Below are positions 1 to 16,548 of a DNA stretch of 64,000 nucleotides, in pieces. The position numbers and the translations under genes are program-made. Position 1 is the stretch's first letter. Each line of letters begins with the position of its first letter. The stretch comes from Dicyema japonicum (taxonomy: Eukaryota > Animalia > Dicyemida): positions 487,240 through 551,239 of the forward strand of contig RDEW01000024.1 in assembly GCA_011109175.1 (NCBI GenBank), given 5' to 3'. A model generated the notes under the pieces. It worked only from the letters and a program-made list of their open reading frames with translations. It was not told the origin of the DNA and searched no databases.

Positions 1-930
1 ATAATTAAAATATGTTCCTGAAACTTGACGTCTTTTTTTCTTCAAAATATCGTCAATATTTGGTGTAAAATCCTGAGTTACCGTCAATCTAAGAATTTCA
101 CTAGATGAGTGTGTGAGCCTTGGAATACTTCGGCAAGAGATATTTATAAAAGCTGCCTAAGCCCACCATGGTGAATTTATTTTTCAGATCTGAGTCACAT
201 TTCAAATCAATAATTTTCAGTTGTAAGCTGCCTAGAAGATGAGCAATATTTGCAGTAAATGGTGATCGAAAAACAGCGAATTTATATTCTAGTTCACGGA
301 AAATTTCAAAACGTGTCTCAAGTCCTGTAATTTTTTATTTATACCGATTCATGTCAACATTAGATGTGGTGGAAATTACACTTTTTAACAGGGTTTCATT
401 AGTTTCATGGTGAAAGCTTGTATGTATTCAAAATATTGTGTAACAACTTTTTTCGGCCTAGAAAACTTTTGTTTAGTGTGTTCAGGTGTTCTGTAATATC
501 CACCAAAAAAGCTAAATCTAGCGACCAATCAAGAGATTCCATTCTGGCAATGGATTGTTCTTGTGTTTGATTTCTCTCTTAAATAAAAAAATCTCTTCAA
601 TACTACTCCTCGACTTAACCACCTTACTTTGGAATGATTTCCCACACCTCGATTTTTCTCTTTTTCCCCATCAAGTTATTGTATTCTGAGCATGGTGGGT
701 TTCGTAGTGTTGTCGAATGTTTTATTCTTTTACCACTGAAATTTCTTGTCTACGCACCAAACAATTGGGTTTCCAAGTTAAATCGGCAAAGAAATATTGA
801 AGCTGCCACTTTTTTGGAACGATCTGCATTCGGTATCTACGTTTTGTTGCAAAAGGCATTTGCACAAGACCAGAAAAACTATAATAATATGTGACATGCA
901 CGGAGCGCACATTAATATTTTCAGCAAAAA
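1..930 (-). mobile_element. hAT transposase remnant, GTF2IRD2/SPIN-like, internally deleted
   Basis: Minus-strand peptides WQLQYFFADLTWKPNCLV..SVVKE*NIRQHYETHH (N-terminal Zn region), SKVRWLSRGVVLKRFF, DLAFLVDITEHLNTLN, LQLKIIDLKCDSDLKNKF; stops and frameshifts. Confidence 0.7.
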
Positions 931-1029
931 ATAAAGTCAGTTACAATATTATCACAAGGAAAACTGGATAAAGTATCAAAACCGCTATTCTTCTTTAAGA
1001 GAGATGTGAGAGATACACTACATTCCGCA

Positions 1030-2100
1030 AAACAACATACTCTCACGGTTATTCTATTGAAAAATCTTGGAGACTGTGGAGTTACTATTCGATGGAAACA
1101 GAAACTGATACTGTCAATACTGAAACCTGGGAGACCAAGAGATGACCCAGCGTCTTTTAGACCTGTGTTACTTTAAAACAGTGCTCTGCTCGGTCGACAT
1201 ACACAAAGCTTTTGACTCAGTCTCCAGGTTTCTCATATTCATGCGCCTCGTGGGTACCGTCCATATTTTGGACAAATATAAAAAAATCGAAGAAGTGCGA
1301 CGCTTTCCACGACTGGAGATTGCTTACATACTTCTTTGACCACAACTTGTATGGTTTTGACCCAAACAACTTCAACTCTCTCAGTAACGCACGATACTAC
1401 TTCAATAGTGTAGTACGTGAGGGTACGAGGACTTTTGTCAAAAAAAGCCAATTCATTTCACGAACAAGCTTTCACGCGCAACCGATTTATTTATGAAGGA
1501 ATGAAATTGTTCTAAAAGTCTACAGATTCAATCTTGAAAGACCACGTGAGGATTCAACCAGGAGGGTCTGTAATTACCTCATATCCACTCTAAGCAAACA
1601 CTCTTGTTGAATACTCTTTGGGGCTTCACATACTCTGTGAGGAATAATCTTGGGGCTTTACAGATTCTCCATCAGCAGGAACTCAATCTCAACCCTATAG
1701 AAATTATCTGATATACGACCAATTTTAAAAGACGGCTCTTAAAGACCATTATCTCATCTGTGTGCCTTTTCAGTAATTATAGAAAAACTCATTCTCGATC
1801 AGGTTGAACCTCACCTTAAAGAAGAATCCTTTCAATGTGGATTTAAGAAGGGTCACTCTACAACTTCTCACCTTACATGCCTAACGAAATTAATCAAAGA
1901 GGCAAACCTCGGCATCAAAAGACATTTATGTGCTCCATTGATAAGAGGGCTTTTGACAGATTCAGAGGAAATTACTCACTAGGAAGATTTTTGGCTCTAA
2001 CATTCCAAACAAGTGAAAATTTGGCTGAAAACCTTTTTACGGACAAAGAGGAAGAGTAATTTAGCATTCCACATTTTCTGCCACTAATTTTTTTACCAAA
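1030..2100 (+). mobile_element. Scrambled I/jockey-group LINE reverse transcriptase fragments
   Basis: TVLCSVDIHKAFDSVSR, QCGFKKGHSTT, CSIDKRAFDR; closely related to 61240-62190 and 29660-29900. Confidence 0.65.
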
Positions 2101-2549
2101 TGGTCCCCTCTCTCATTCGGTTACAATTTTTGTTGTTCCCAATAAACCTCATAATCTCTCTAAATATGGTATTTTAGTAAAATAAGTAAAAAAACGAATT
2201 TATAAATTTGCTTAGAACGTAATCAACGAGGTCCGACTCAAAGTTGAATGAGGACAAGGAGAAATTATTGAGATTATGGGGGGATGACTGTGGGGAGAAA
2301 TAAACTGCCTTCCGTGTGGACGGCTGTGACCTGACTCTATATGTCAAGTTTAATGACTGAGTGATAAGGGACAACAGGGAGGAGACTAGACCCTCCGGAC
2401 AAGACTCGTGGTTTAACCTTACTTAATTTTTGTTATTAAAAAAATTTTTAATCCAAATAAAACCTCAATAATAGCATATTTAAGTGTGAATATGTGTGCA
2501 TTCGATTTTAAATTAATTATTTGCCTTTGTCATCGATTCTACAGCTTCA

Positions 2550-3590
2550 GTGATCACAACTCTATTAACTTATGGTACCTGGATGATGTAACTATTGGAA
2601 GGAACTGGGAAATTGTGGTCAAGACCACGTCTCTGCTCTCTAAGCACTTGAAATTGCGAAAACATTAACTATGATTTCTACTTATCTCCTTGCGCAGAGT
2701 ACGACTTTAACTATGATTTCTACTTATCTCCAAAAAACTCAGTCACCGGAGTCGAAAACGAAATTTTCCTACATGGCAAGAAAATATCAACTCTCTTGCA
2801 AGTACGAATCCGTTCAACTATTCTCGTCAACATAACAACTCTTGATTCTCACAAGGCGCTATTTTTCCTCAGAAATTTTCATCTCAAGTCTCGACTCTTT
2901 TTTTCTACGGACATTTCATGGACTTCTAAGAGCCGTCGACGAGAGGCTAAAGACTGCCGTAAAAAAATACATAATATTTTATTTGATAAAACTGGCTATC
3001 CAATGTAAATTACTTCCGTCTTCTGCTCTGATACTTACTCAAGATTGTTACGAGTACCTCGTTGTTAATATAAAGAACAACATCCGTTCTTTTATGGGAA
3101 GACTATATTTTGTCAACCCGATCGCTTTCGATAGAAGAAACGCGAGTGCGCCTGATTGCGATAGGGTATGTCTTCAGGAGGTTGACTGCCAAGACTGCCT
3201 TCCGATAAAGTCATTGAAGCACCACTGCCTGTTGTCTGGAGTTTCCCACGGAGCACTGGGAACGTTTCGGATTCATTAGAGTTGGAGCTACTTTACGTCT
3301 TGGACTAAAGATTCATGTACCACATTCATGCGGTGACCAGAACGACTGTTTTGGTCTACCCAATATCTCCCAGACACAAAACCTTAACAAAGTAGTAAAA
3401 GGGCTATGGATGCAGAAAATCAATCCGTCTTTGCTCGAACCTGTCAGCGTAATGATGGAAAAAGGCAGATGAAATGCCCATCTTTGCGTTTGAAGCCGGG
3501 AACCATCTGGTATAGGAGTTCACCTGACGAATACCTTTGACCCAAACAACATCCACCAGAGTTCATCCAAAGCCTGCTCGACCACTGTGA
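2550..3590 (+). mobile_element. CRE-clade non-LTR retrotransposon remnant (RT thumb plus restriction-like endonuclease)
   Basis: WYLDDVTIG; LRAVDERLKTAVKKYIIFYLIKLAIQCKLLP (matches 48875-49330); NDGKRQM..PIFAFEAGNHLV..FTLTNTFDPNNI. Confidence 0.75.
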
Positions 3591-5028
3591 ATATACTGAC
3601 AAAGTAATATTTACTCGTTATTAATTCTCAATTTGATCGATACAGAATATTAGCTTTAAGAATTCAAGACATTTTTTTGAGTAAATACTAGCGTGTCAAA
3701 TAGAATTTTTCTTTTGTTATCTCACCTTCAATGAATGAGATATCCGAATGAATTTTCAATTAACTTGCAAAGGGGATGTGCAATTTATTCTCCATGGAGT
3801 AATTCCGTTTCTACCGAATTATCGTCTTTCTACGAAAAGACTGAAACTATGTGCTTACCATTCTATTTCGCATATAGCAATATTATTCCATTCACATACT
3901 TTTAGATCTTGTCGAATGACATTCCTTCTGCAAGAATTTTTCTAGAGTAAGGGACACCCTCTCCGCCTTCTAGTCCTGCCAAAGTCTCCTAACCGAATAA
4001 AGCTATCCTAGGCCTCCCTACGTATATTCGGGAGTTGAAAGGTTATATTTTACAGAAGCCGATATTGGGGACATCAGTTTGTATAGACTTATCTGGATAA
4101 TTTTTTATCTCCACAGGATATTTTCGATTTCCCACCACTAGCCAGACCTCAATAGACACTGAAGATTTATTACTGTCGATATTAGGGGAGCCTGGGCATG
4201 CCTTCTGAAGTATTATATCACATAACATGTGTGCCATATCTTCTGCACAGCTGTTGCTATGGTCAGTAAATCGAAGAGTAACTGCTTTCCGTTAAATATT
4301 TTATCCAATGGTAAATTCATCAACAATTATTCCTTCCTCCCCACGTGTGTGTTATGTGTTCAGATTGCTTTGGTATGTACTAGATTAAAACCTAGTTGGA
4401 GACTTGCCTCTATCGTACAAAATGCGTTAATCTCCTCAAAATAAATGTAACACCTGGATCACCCCTTCTCTTGTAAATGGAAGAAGTGATGGACTCAGGA
4501 GAGATTATATGTACGAAATTTCCGAAAGAAACGTCAGATGTTCAAGCTTCAACTCTTCTTTCATAAATTTGGAGGAGTGTGGACAGATCCGGCAGGACAA
4601 GTGAATTACTAGTTAGATTCCATTGATAATAAACATCAAAGCTGAGTCATCACAGAACTGCTTTATCATAAAGCCATTAAATGATAATTTATCATAAAGC
4701 CATTAAATCATGATTAATTAAAAAATGAATAATTTGGTTTGTCGATACTTTTTGACAGTCGAGTTTGATTGAATCGCTGGCTTGACAAGAATATCCAAAC
4801 TAAGCTCTTACAGCTATCTAATCGAAACTAGATAATTCCAACGTCCATTAAACGTATGGGCGCATGTGGTAATTCGAATGGACACACCCACAAGATGACA
4901 CTCATCAAAAACTTGTGACAATGGAATGGATCATCCAACTAGAGGCATTTGCCATCTTAGAGCACGTGTGCTAACAAGAGAGTTGACATTAATGAGGAAA
5001 TGTTATATTAGTAGAATAACCAATTTAG

Positions 5029-7796
<2,768 letters not shown>

Positions 7797-8484
7797 TTCT
7801 AAGTATATTTAAGCCCAAATAATCTCCCCCAGTCTGAATCAACCAGACTTGGAAGAGGAGGAATATTAAACTTACAGTACCGACAGATATGCAAATAGGC
7901 TTATGTCGGCATTTATAATTTTATCGATCCGCCACAAACGGCCGACTAGATAAATCTATGATTGAGGTCAATGCGACTGATTATGACTCCCTGAACACTT
8001 TTGAATATAGCCTTTTTGCTTAAGTCAATTCAGCTGTGTTACTAAGTTTTTGTCGATAAGACAGATGCCATGGAAATGTGGTTTCATCTTAGGCTATTTA
8101 ATTAATTCCATTGAATTTGACCCTCATTGTTGAGTTGACCACGTGGTTCTCTTGCAATGGACTATAATCACTTCCCTAGACTTCTAGCAAAAGATATTGA
8201 AGAATGTCAGATTCCCGGCTTGGAGGACACAGTAAATGGATCTGACTTTGGGGACCGAGCTGACTATTACTAACAAAATCCTTCATCTCCCCGTCCTACG
8301 TCAGAAAAGACAAGGTGACGGACTCCGTAGACGTCGGAAACTCGAATTCTGGACAAAGGATGCACATAGGATCAGGGATCGGATCTCAACCAACCAAAAT
8401 TAAAAAATAAACTAAATGGACCATCTGTGAAAGGTGCACATATTTGTTGCTAATAGTAACAAAGTTCAGGAAAATCAAAATATT

Positions 8485-10212
8485 CTATAAAATTCGTTTC
8501 ATGATATTTCTATGAACGGGAAACTCCTGAGGATTACATTCATACAAACCTTGATTCCTCCATTGAATGGAATTTCGCTTTTTTTTCCGCAAAAACCGCA
8601 AATAACAGTCCAGAAGGTAATCCCTAGACACACCCTCACACAAGTTTCGCACATGCAGTCCCCACAGTACAGAGTCAGAGGTTTCCTGTTCTCTGAGTTG
8701 TATCTAAAATTATTCACAGCAAAAAATTACGGCTTAAAACAGCGTGGACAAGCCAAATCATTGACTGACGTTGTTTTCTCAGCATAACTCTCGACGGAGA
8801 GGTCCGCAGAGAATTTCTTCCACTCCAATCCTTCATTTACAGCCAGAATCTCCTTCGTCACTGCCTCGTACAATTTTTCGTCGGGTGTGTCCAAGTCCTT
8901 TGTCGGAGTCATCAATGGACTCAGCAATTTCCGTTTGCTGAAGGTCAGAATTCGGTTAATCAGGGACCTAATTTGGTTTGAGAAGATTACTTTCTCTTCT
9001 TGAATTCAATCTTCTCAGGGATCTCTCGATTGGGTTTTAGGGATCCTTGATTGTAAGACCTTTGGCTATTTTCCGGCCTTTGAAGAGCCACAGATGACTC
9101 CGAGCCTTTTAACAAATAACTCTTTTCGACTTCCTCGGTTAATCTCGAGACTGGACTTTGGTCCTCGACTTTTTGACTGACATTAAGGACAAAAACTAAA
9201 ACCTCGAAAGGGCAGAAGTGAAAGACACGAAGGATTCTGAATCTTGATCACGTGAGGGCAAATCAAGCTGAATTTTTGGTTCGACCTTTTCAAAACTCTG
9301 TATTGAAGCATTCTTTGTATTGTTGTACATTTTCTCGACTTTAAGGCCAACATCGTGACACGTGGTCCATAAATCCTCCACCTGATGTTGGAGAAGTTGG
9401 CATTTCTTAGCCAATAATTCAATTTCTTGCAGATTCCAGGAGGGCTGTAAAGAATCTGACTTACAAGAGAGGCTATCCACGTGCTTTTTCTTCATTGAAA
9501 AAAGCGCAATATCTTCTTTATATCACTCAATCGATGAGGGTTAATAAAATATCAATTCCGCTAATTGAATGACGTATTTTGACATTGAGAGCGATTGCGA
9601 CCTGAGTGAGGTTTTGAAAGATCTCTCAGTCTTTGATAGCCACGTGGTAAGATGATCGATCCTTTGTGCAGAAAATGTCGATAAATCAAGTGTATTGTTG
9701 AAATTAATCAATTTTGAGTTCCAAATGGAATTCATAAGTCAACTAAACTCGATTAAATGATAAATTTACGTTGATGACAGCATTTTCAAAACCCACGGTG
9801 GTCTTCGATTTCCGGCGGATCAAAGGATGGACCGGTCCCTTCGAACAGTCTCCAGCAGTGTGACTTGTGTTTGTAGCATTATTATCGACTAATCTGACTG
9901 GATTTTTGAAATTTTCAGATATGTTGATTCTATATTTTCAATTTCAACACTCATCCATCTCCTTCCGACACTGAATCGACTCACCTGATCAGTTCCATGG
10001 GTCGGAGGTGGAAACCTCAGATAGCTCTAAGGTACAAAGGCTCGCATGTAAAAATCATCCCAAAAAGAGCAACGTGGGTATAACGAAACGATGGGAACAT
10101 AAAGGAATATGGAGATTTTTATTACCTTCACGAGGAATGCCGGAATTGACTTAGTTGGGTTCAACTCCTTCTTTATGTTTTGGAGGTTAAATAATATATT
10201 TCCAGTGTACAT
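8485..10212 (-). CDS. Coiled-coil protein with a C-terminal RING-like zinc finger; 5' end uncertain
   Basis: Continuous spliced frame from 9495 to stop 8485 via 23-27 nt introns: ..LACPRCFKPYNSENRKPLTLYCGDCMCETC..ICGFCGKK..FPVHRNIMKRIL*. Upstream exons 9541-10212 are only tentatively joined. Confidence 0.55.
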
Positions 10213-11139
10213 GAGGTTAATTAAGAACTAATGAAGATCTTGGGTTCGAATCTCCGTTTGAAAGTCTAACTTAAAGAAATGGACAAAATGCCACGTAGAG
10301 TGAGAAAACTATTCGAGTAAACTTTCAAAAATTAGTTTGTCGATTGCTGTGAAATGTTATGTTGTGTCGGTGTATATAGGGAAACCTAGTATAGGATTGT
10401 CTATTTGGGAAGATAATAGAATTAGGACTTGTGACCTTAGATTGGTGAAGAGTAAGCTGTTACACCTACAACGTATGATGATCTCGATCCAGGACTGGAC
10501 CCTCAACTTGGTTGAATTTTAGCTTGAAACCCTTGATTAATCTGCATAAAGGTTTGATCATATTTTTGTAGGATTCCATATGATGATTACAGCAATGTTT
10601 ATGGCAACTAAAATTTCAAAAAATGGAATTTATGGAATCTAAAAATAATCTAACTATCGGAAAATTTATAAATCGACCAAATAAATTTCTTATTAATTAT
10701 AAAACATAATTATATAATTTTTAACATTATTTTTATTAAAATTTCTCTTTTTTTCGAAAATTTCATTTACTCAATACTGTGAGAGCTGCAGTATAGTTAG
10801 ATAAACTTTGATAAAGTTTTTATTTTACTACACAAACAATTAATACAGTTATAGCAAAATTCCGTATTACCAAAGTAGCTGTCGGTTTAGGGATCGCCAA
10901 TAAGACTAACATCAGTTCTGTACCACCTCGACCTTCTGATGTATCGTATTGGTTCAAAATAAGTTGTACATGGATAACCCACATGAGGCCTATGTGTAAG
11001 AAATGCATGTTAAATGCACAATCGCATAAAAAAGTTATATCCTTCCATTCACTTGCGATTTTTCTGTGGCTGTCTAAATCATTTGTGTCTTCTAATACCA
11101 ATTAACATGTTTTTGATCGATTTTCATTATTGAGGGCTT

Positions 11140-13322
11140 AATTGGCTTCCTTCTATAAGCCCCTGAGCAGTTTACCTCTCCAGACAAAGCCATTGCACAT
11201 TTCAACTCAGCCATCCTTTCGGCGGATAGAAAGCACGTCCCTAAAGGATTCATCCATGATTACAAACTATTTTTCAACAAAGAAATATTGGATCTCATCT
11301 GTGAGAGAAGACACCTAAAACGTTCCCGAACAACCAACCAGCAACTCCAAGATGAAATTTCTTCCCTAAACAAGAAGATAACCCTCCTCATTACGGAGCT
11401 CAAAAAGGAGAAGTGGTCCACTTTCGTCTCTCGATTGAATCCAAAATCAAAACCCCAAAGTTTCTGGAGATTTATCAGAGAAATACAATCAAATCAAACC
11501 GAATCGAGCACAACCCATGGAGGTAGACTTGGAAAGGACAACCAAACGAAAGATTTCCACTGCCAGGCAAATGACTTGATGACTCACTATTGCAAAATGA
11601 GTCATATTCCAATGAATAAAGAAAATCGACCTCATATTACTAAACCCCCAAGGGTAACAAAGGCACGATTCGAAGTATCAATAAGTCATGTTCAAAACCT
11701 CATTACAAACTCAAGAAACTCACCAGCCACGGGACCCGATCGGATCAGCATATTCCACCTAAAGCACCTCGGTCCAAACGGGCTCTTGGCACTTAAAGAT
11801 ATCTACGAATTCTCCATCAACAGGTGTTTCATCCCGATGTTATGGAAGAAGTCGAACATTATCCCAATACTCAAGAACAACAAAGCCTCCTCCTTGCCCT
11901 CTTCGTTCAGGCCAATTTCCTTAACATCTGTTGTCTCAAAAATCCTCGAAAGGATCATTCTTAACGAAATCACCCCCTACCTCGACCTCTCCGACTCACA
12001 ACATGGTTTCCGTCCTTTACACTCGACCACCACGCACTTACTGACACTAACCCAATACATCTCCAACGGTTTCAACAACTGCAAACCCCCGGAACGAACT
12101 GTCTTGGCCTCTATTGACCTAACTAAAGCTTTCGACAGAATCTCCCGTGTGGTCCTCTGCAACAAGATCTATTCTTCAAATATTCCCTCTGTATGGAAGT
12201 CATGGCTCACAAATTTCCTCTCGGGAAGACTGGGTCATACGTGTCTATATTCAAATCTATCAAGATATCGACTCCTACCAAACGGTGTTCCCCAGGGATC
12301 AGTCCTTTCACCCTCACTTTTCAACCTTTACGTCAAAGACATCCCAACAACCCAAAATACGTTACTATTGACATATGCCGATGATCTAGTAATCGCATCC
12401 AGGAGTGGCGATGTTCGACTGGCCACCGAAAAAGTGCAGTACCACCTGAACTTGCTATCCGACTGGATGAACTTAAACTGGATGAGTGTTTCCACCTCGA
12501 AGTCATCAGCTACCCTGTTCACAACCGATCGAAGACAATTCAACCTAAACCCCACACTCTCGTTGGGTGACGAACCACTCCCCTTAAATAAATACCCGAA
12601 GATCCTTGGAGTTGTCTTCGATCCTTCACTCTGTTTCAACAGACAAGTGGAGGAAGTAATGACAAAAGCCAAGCGGAAACTTAACATATTACGGGCAGTA
12701 GCTGGCCACTCAAACGGTCAGCAAAAAGAAAACTTAACTCTTCTCTACAAACAGTTCATCAGGACTACACTCAACTACGCCTCACCAAGTTGGGCCCCCT
12801 CAATCTCCTTGTCCCCGCTCAGAATAAAACTTAAAGTCAACCCATCGAAAATCGCTCTATGACCACCTGGAAATGCGTAATTACAATTCCTACGGCAGTC
12901 GTTCGACCGAATCACCCAGTTCACGCTTGTGCTAAGTAACAATAACCGCAGATACATACGCAGGACCCTCTTTGACCTACAAAGAGCCTTGTCGAAGATC
13001 ACCCCCCTCAAGAAGACTCAACTTGGACCCGCCGAATCCATGATTTTATCTCAACACGGGCCATTAGGACACTTCAATATAACAAAGTCTTGGAGCGCTT
13101 CCCCCGATATCAGTCCAACGGAACAATCGCTCCCGAGGAAGATCAGAATCGGACTGGCTCGCCTACGGTGGACACCACCCTTTTCTGGCTGCAGAGTAGT
13201 TCGAGACTTTTTCCTGCCCTGGACCACCGGATGCAAAAGTCGAGGATCTTCTGGGAGCGGCCTGTCCGGACTGCACGCTCTTTGATGTCGCCGGCTTCCC
13301 ACTTGCTGGCGAAGCCGGGGTA
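11140..13322 (+). mobile_element. 5'-truncated I/jockey-group LINE with a long intact RT ORF (11288-12862)
   Basis: GPDRI, FRPISLTSVVSKILE, QHGFR, IDLTKAFDRI, GVPQGSVLSP, YADD, KILGVVFD, LNYASPSW; C-terminal LARLR; 3' stem-loop ccggcttc/gaagccgg and a (TAATT)n-like tail. Confidence 0.92.
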
Positions 13323-13689
13323 ATAATTTAATTTAATTTAATTTAACGTATTTTAATTATATTCTACCCTCATCTACCCGTCTTAAGTATTCTCTGTGGA
13401 TCTTAATTACGATCCTATTTAGTTTAATTAACCTTAGACGAGCCAAGAGAGTATAACGAAACAGCTAAGTATATCCGATTGGAACAAAAGTCCATAGATG
13501 AAAGGTAAGTAACTTTAGTGCTTACTCCCAGAAATAATCAGTAGAGAAAATTAAAATAAATTCGATTTTATTGAAAAGTAGATTTTTATTGTACAATTTT
13601 ATTTAGTAATGTTAGAGAACGCAACGCTTACTCCATTGGTATTCCTTGTGGAATACTCTGGAACATCCAAAGAGATCACAGATGTCACA

Positions 13690-14050
13690 GTCGCGAGTTG
13701 AAATTAGCCATAATAGCTATATCTCCACCAAGGCTGATCACACTTGATTTTATGTAAAGAACAGTTATAATAACTAATCGTAGAGGATGAACCAAGGAAT
13801 GCTCTTCTATTTTTGTTGCTGTTAATCCTTTATGGACGTTCCAATTCCGCAGTGAAATGCTCACTGATGACGGAGTCAATCGTCAAGCCAAAGCATCGTG
13901 CATGGAACCTTCACCCGGGATGTACCGCATCGAGATTCCAACCAGCGGCCATCAGGTCTTTTCCCTGCACTCTTTACACTGCACCATTTGACTTTCTAGA
14001 AAATAAAAGACTCAAACGACCAATCTCGGAGAGGCCTGAATACTTGTGAC
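13690..14050 (-). mobile_element. Decayed LINE apurinic endonuclease fragment
   Basis: GLSEIG.. and GGDIAIMANFNSR resemble the APE xGDFN motif. Confidence 0.4.
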
Positions 14051-14364
14051 CTTCTGCTTTTTATACATAGAAAGCAGTTCCACTGGCAGAAAGTTTAAGA
14101 AAGAAAGTAACTGGTTGAGGTGGTTAGATATTCAAGATGTAATCTCTATTTTGAGAGGATGGATGAACGAAGACATGAAACACGATATTTTTCGGAAGCA
14201 GGGAAGCGCCATATGTATCAATGCTCTGGATTTAAATCACATAGTAGTTCTTGTAGAGATCATTGAGAGGCAAAAAAGAATCATTTAGATATTATCAGCA
14301 TGTATGGTCGATTACACCGTTTCTTATATATGACTACTATTTCTTAAACTTAACAATCAACTAA

Positions 14365-14635
14365 TAACAACACCAGAGACCACGGTTACATAAACAAACT
14401 AATCACGTGATCCCAGCACACTCTAGCAAAGACCTCATCTTGGCCCGATGCTCATCCCTGACCCCACACAGAACGTATCGGTCGAGTGACTGGACCTTCG
14501 GAGTCACGACGGCGTGTTCCATAGTTCATTCGTATCAAAGCTTCAAGAGGCATTGGTGGCTGGAACTTTCCAGAAATCCAGCGTTCTGTGATTTTGGCTA
14601 GCCTCGGTATTCAAGACATTTGTCCAAGAGATATA
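14365..14635 (-). mobile_element. Family B: 3' end of an I-group LINE (zinc-knuckle C-terminus, stop, short UTR, TTA-like tail)
   Basis: YE*TMEHAVV..HRAKMRSLLECAGIT* then gtttatgtaaccgtggtctctggtgttgttatt; matches 41365-41625 and 63740-64000. Confidence 0.7.
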
Positions 14636-15074
14636 TTTAGAGTTTCAAAATCGTTCCTCCTTCCTCTGAAATATCTGTAGCATTGGACTTTTGCTGTTCC
14701 TTTTTCAAGCGGATTGGGTGTTCAATTAACTCCCTCTTCTGACTTTTGAGAATACCGTTAACTCTTTCATCGTACTTCCTTCACTGTCCACAACCATGCA
14801 GTAAGGCCTACTAATATTACTTCTTTGCTGAAGAACAACAATGTCAGCACGTGTATTTATGTCTTACAGAGTTATGACTTTCTACTGAATGGCATAAATT
14901 TGACGAACAGATGAAATGTGAACTAATAATCTACATATAACTTTCAGTCGTTGCTTCTCGTTCATCTAACATGTGGACCGACATCTTTTCTGTCGACAGC
15001 AAATATTCGTAATTTAAGCGTATTTTCGTCCTTATTTTATTCAATGCTGAGACGGATGTGAGAAAACATACAGC

Positions 15075-15180
15075 GGATACGATTTTGCCCGAACACCAGG
15101 AAGGAGCAGATGAGGTCACTGTTGAAACGCATCGGGATCACGTTATAATTAGTTTGGTTATCGTGGTTTTGGGTTATTAA
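15075..15180 (+). mobile_element. Family B diverged 3' end
   Basis: EQMRSLLKRIGITL* followed by a related UTR and ttatta tail. Confidence 0.55.
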
Positions 15181-16548
15181 ACAAATGACAAGGTCTCCAT
15201 TATGGCATGCAGGCATTGGGAGTTACCGCCCATGATCGAGAAGAGCCATCGAGTCATTCTAGGCTCACCCTTCCACATTCCTTCAAGCTTCAAATTACTT
15301 CATTTTATATCCTACATGTGGCTAATTCGATTTGTAGAAGATTTAATCACCACTGTCAGGGATAGAGAATACCAGGCAGCCATTGGTTTCTAACAGGAAA
15401 TGCTTGAAACTGACCGAATGGTTTGGTCAAATACATTCGGACAACTATCAATCTGGGAGGTCATGATTGATTAGGAACATTCTTTCATTAAAAAGGTAGA
15501 AAACCGGGTTTAAACTCAGGAAAAGAGAATGACAATTAAAGGTAGTCTCAAAAAATTTTGGAACCAACGCTGAATGGCACACTGCCACCCCCATTTTGTC
15601 CTGTTAATATTAACCGGCGCAAGTGCGCTGAATCTCCTATTATTCCATAAACAAATTGATCACAATCTAACAAGCAGTGTAACCTCCAAGCACTTTGATC
15701 CTCGTCATTAATTTATGAAATCATTGAAATACAGCATGCACGTGGCTCTCAGTTAAACGACCGAATATTTATAATATACTTTACCAAAAGTCACTTTGAT
15801 CGTTTATTTTGAACTAAAAAACTCTGACCTCTCGACAAGGAGTAGAAAATGTTTCCTTAGCGTATACAGAATTTACAGTTTATTTCAAGAAGAGCAGTAA
15901 TGTTAACTAATCCAATAACTTTGAATTAAGATTCAATTCTGCAAAGTTAGTAAAATACTCTCAATGATCCTCGAGATTCGACATGGACTATCTTTATTGA
16001 GTGATCCTGTCAATAATTTAATATGGGCTGAATCTAGTGGTGATGCATTTACCAGCATGAATTTATTTAGAATCGTCGGTACCTCGAGAGTGTTACTGTA
16101 CTTCTTGAAGAACATCATATGGAGGAGACAAGGAATTATTATATTTAATGTCACGTGGATAATTTTACAGAAGTATTTGAAATTATTTGAAATATCTATA
16201 ATATATAACAGCAGCCCATTCAAGAGCCATAATAATTATAGGTCCACATACACTTTATTACAGACAATCGTTGAGACGGCTAAGAAATGCTCTTGACTTC
16301 TTTTTGTGAAATGTGAGTCAATGAGACGATTCGGTTCAACAGTGAGGTAACACTGACGACTAGGGTAAGTCGTTTCTAGCACTTAAAAAATATTAGCGCT
16401 ATAAATTACATATCTTGTTGCTTATACAAAAAATTGCATTTAAAAATATAAAAATTAAAGGATATTATTTATTTTGTAATAAAATGGAATGTTTAACATT
16501 ATTTTTATTAAACATACTATCACTTTTCAATATTAAGGGGAAAAATTA

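Noticed and set aside
2665-2731. CRISPR-like repeat-spacer-repeat
   Set aside because: Only two units, a 17-nt spacer, eukaryotic context, no cas genes
3750-4640. Possible DNA-transposase remnant (CRICPHSS..)
   Set aside because: No diagnostic catalytic motif found; left unassigned
10230-10265. tRNA B-box (GGTTCGAATC)
   Set aside because: No acceptor stem, D-arm or A-box can be built
12328-12687. 119-aa minus-strand ORF and similar ORFs (13051, 47349, 47545, 62522, 5142, 5207)
   Set aside because: Antisense or alternate-frame shadows of the LINE, CRE, HtrL-like or UGP2 coding sequences
14365-14635. Family B as a novel gene family with a conserved VIPxRSSRDLIxARxSSL frame
   Set aside because: The opposite strand reads as a LINE ORF2 end (TMEH..MRSLLExxGIT*), UTR and tail, and is contiguous with RT at 61240-62190; the other frame is a shadow
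15150-16300. Possible decayed minus-strand host gene with 19-20 nt intron-like segments
   Set aside because: No recognisable domain and no continuous frame could be assembled
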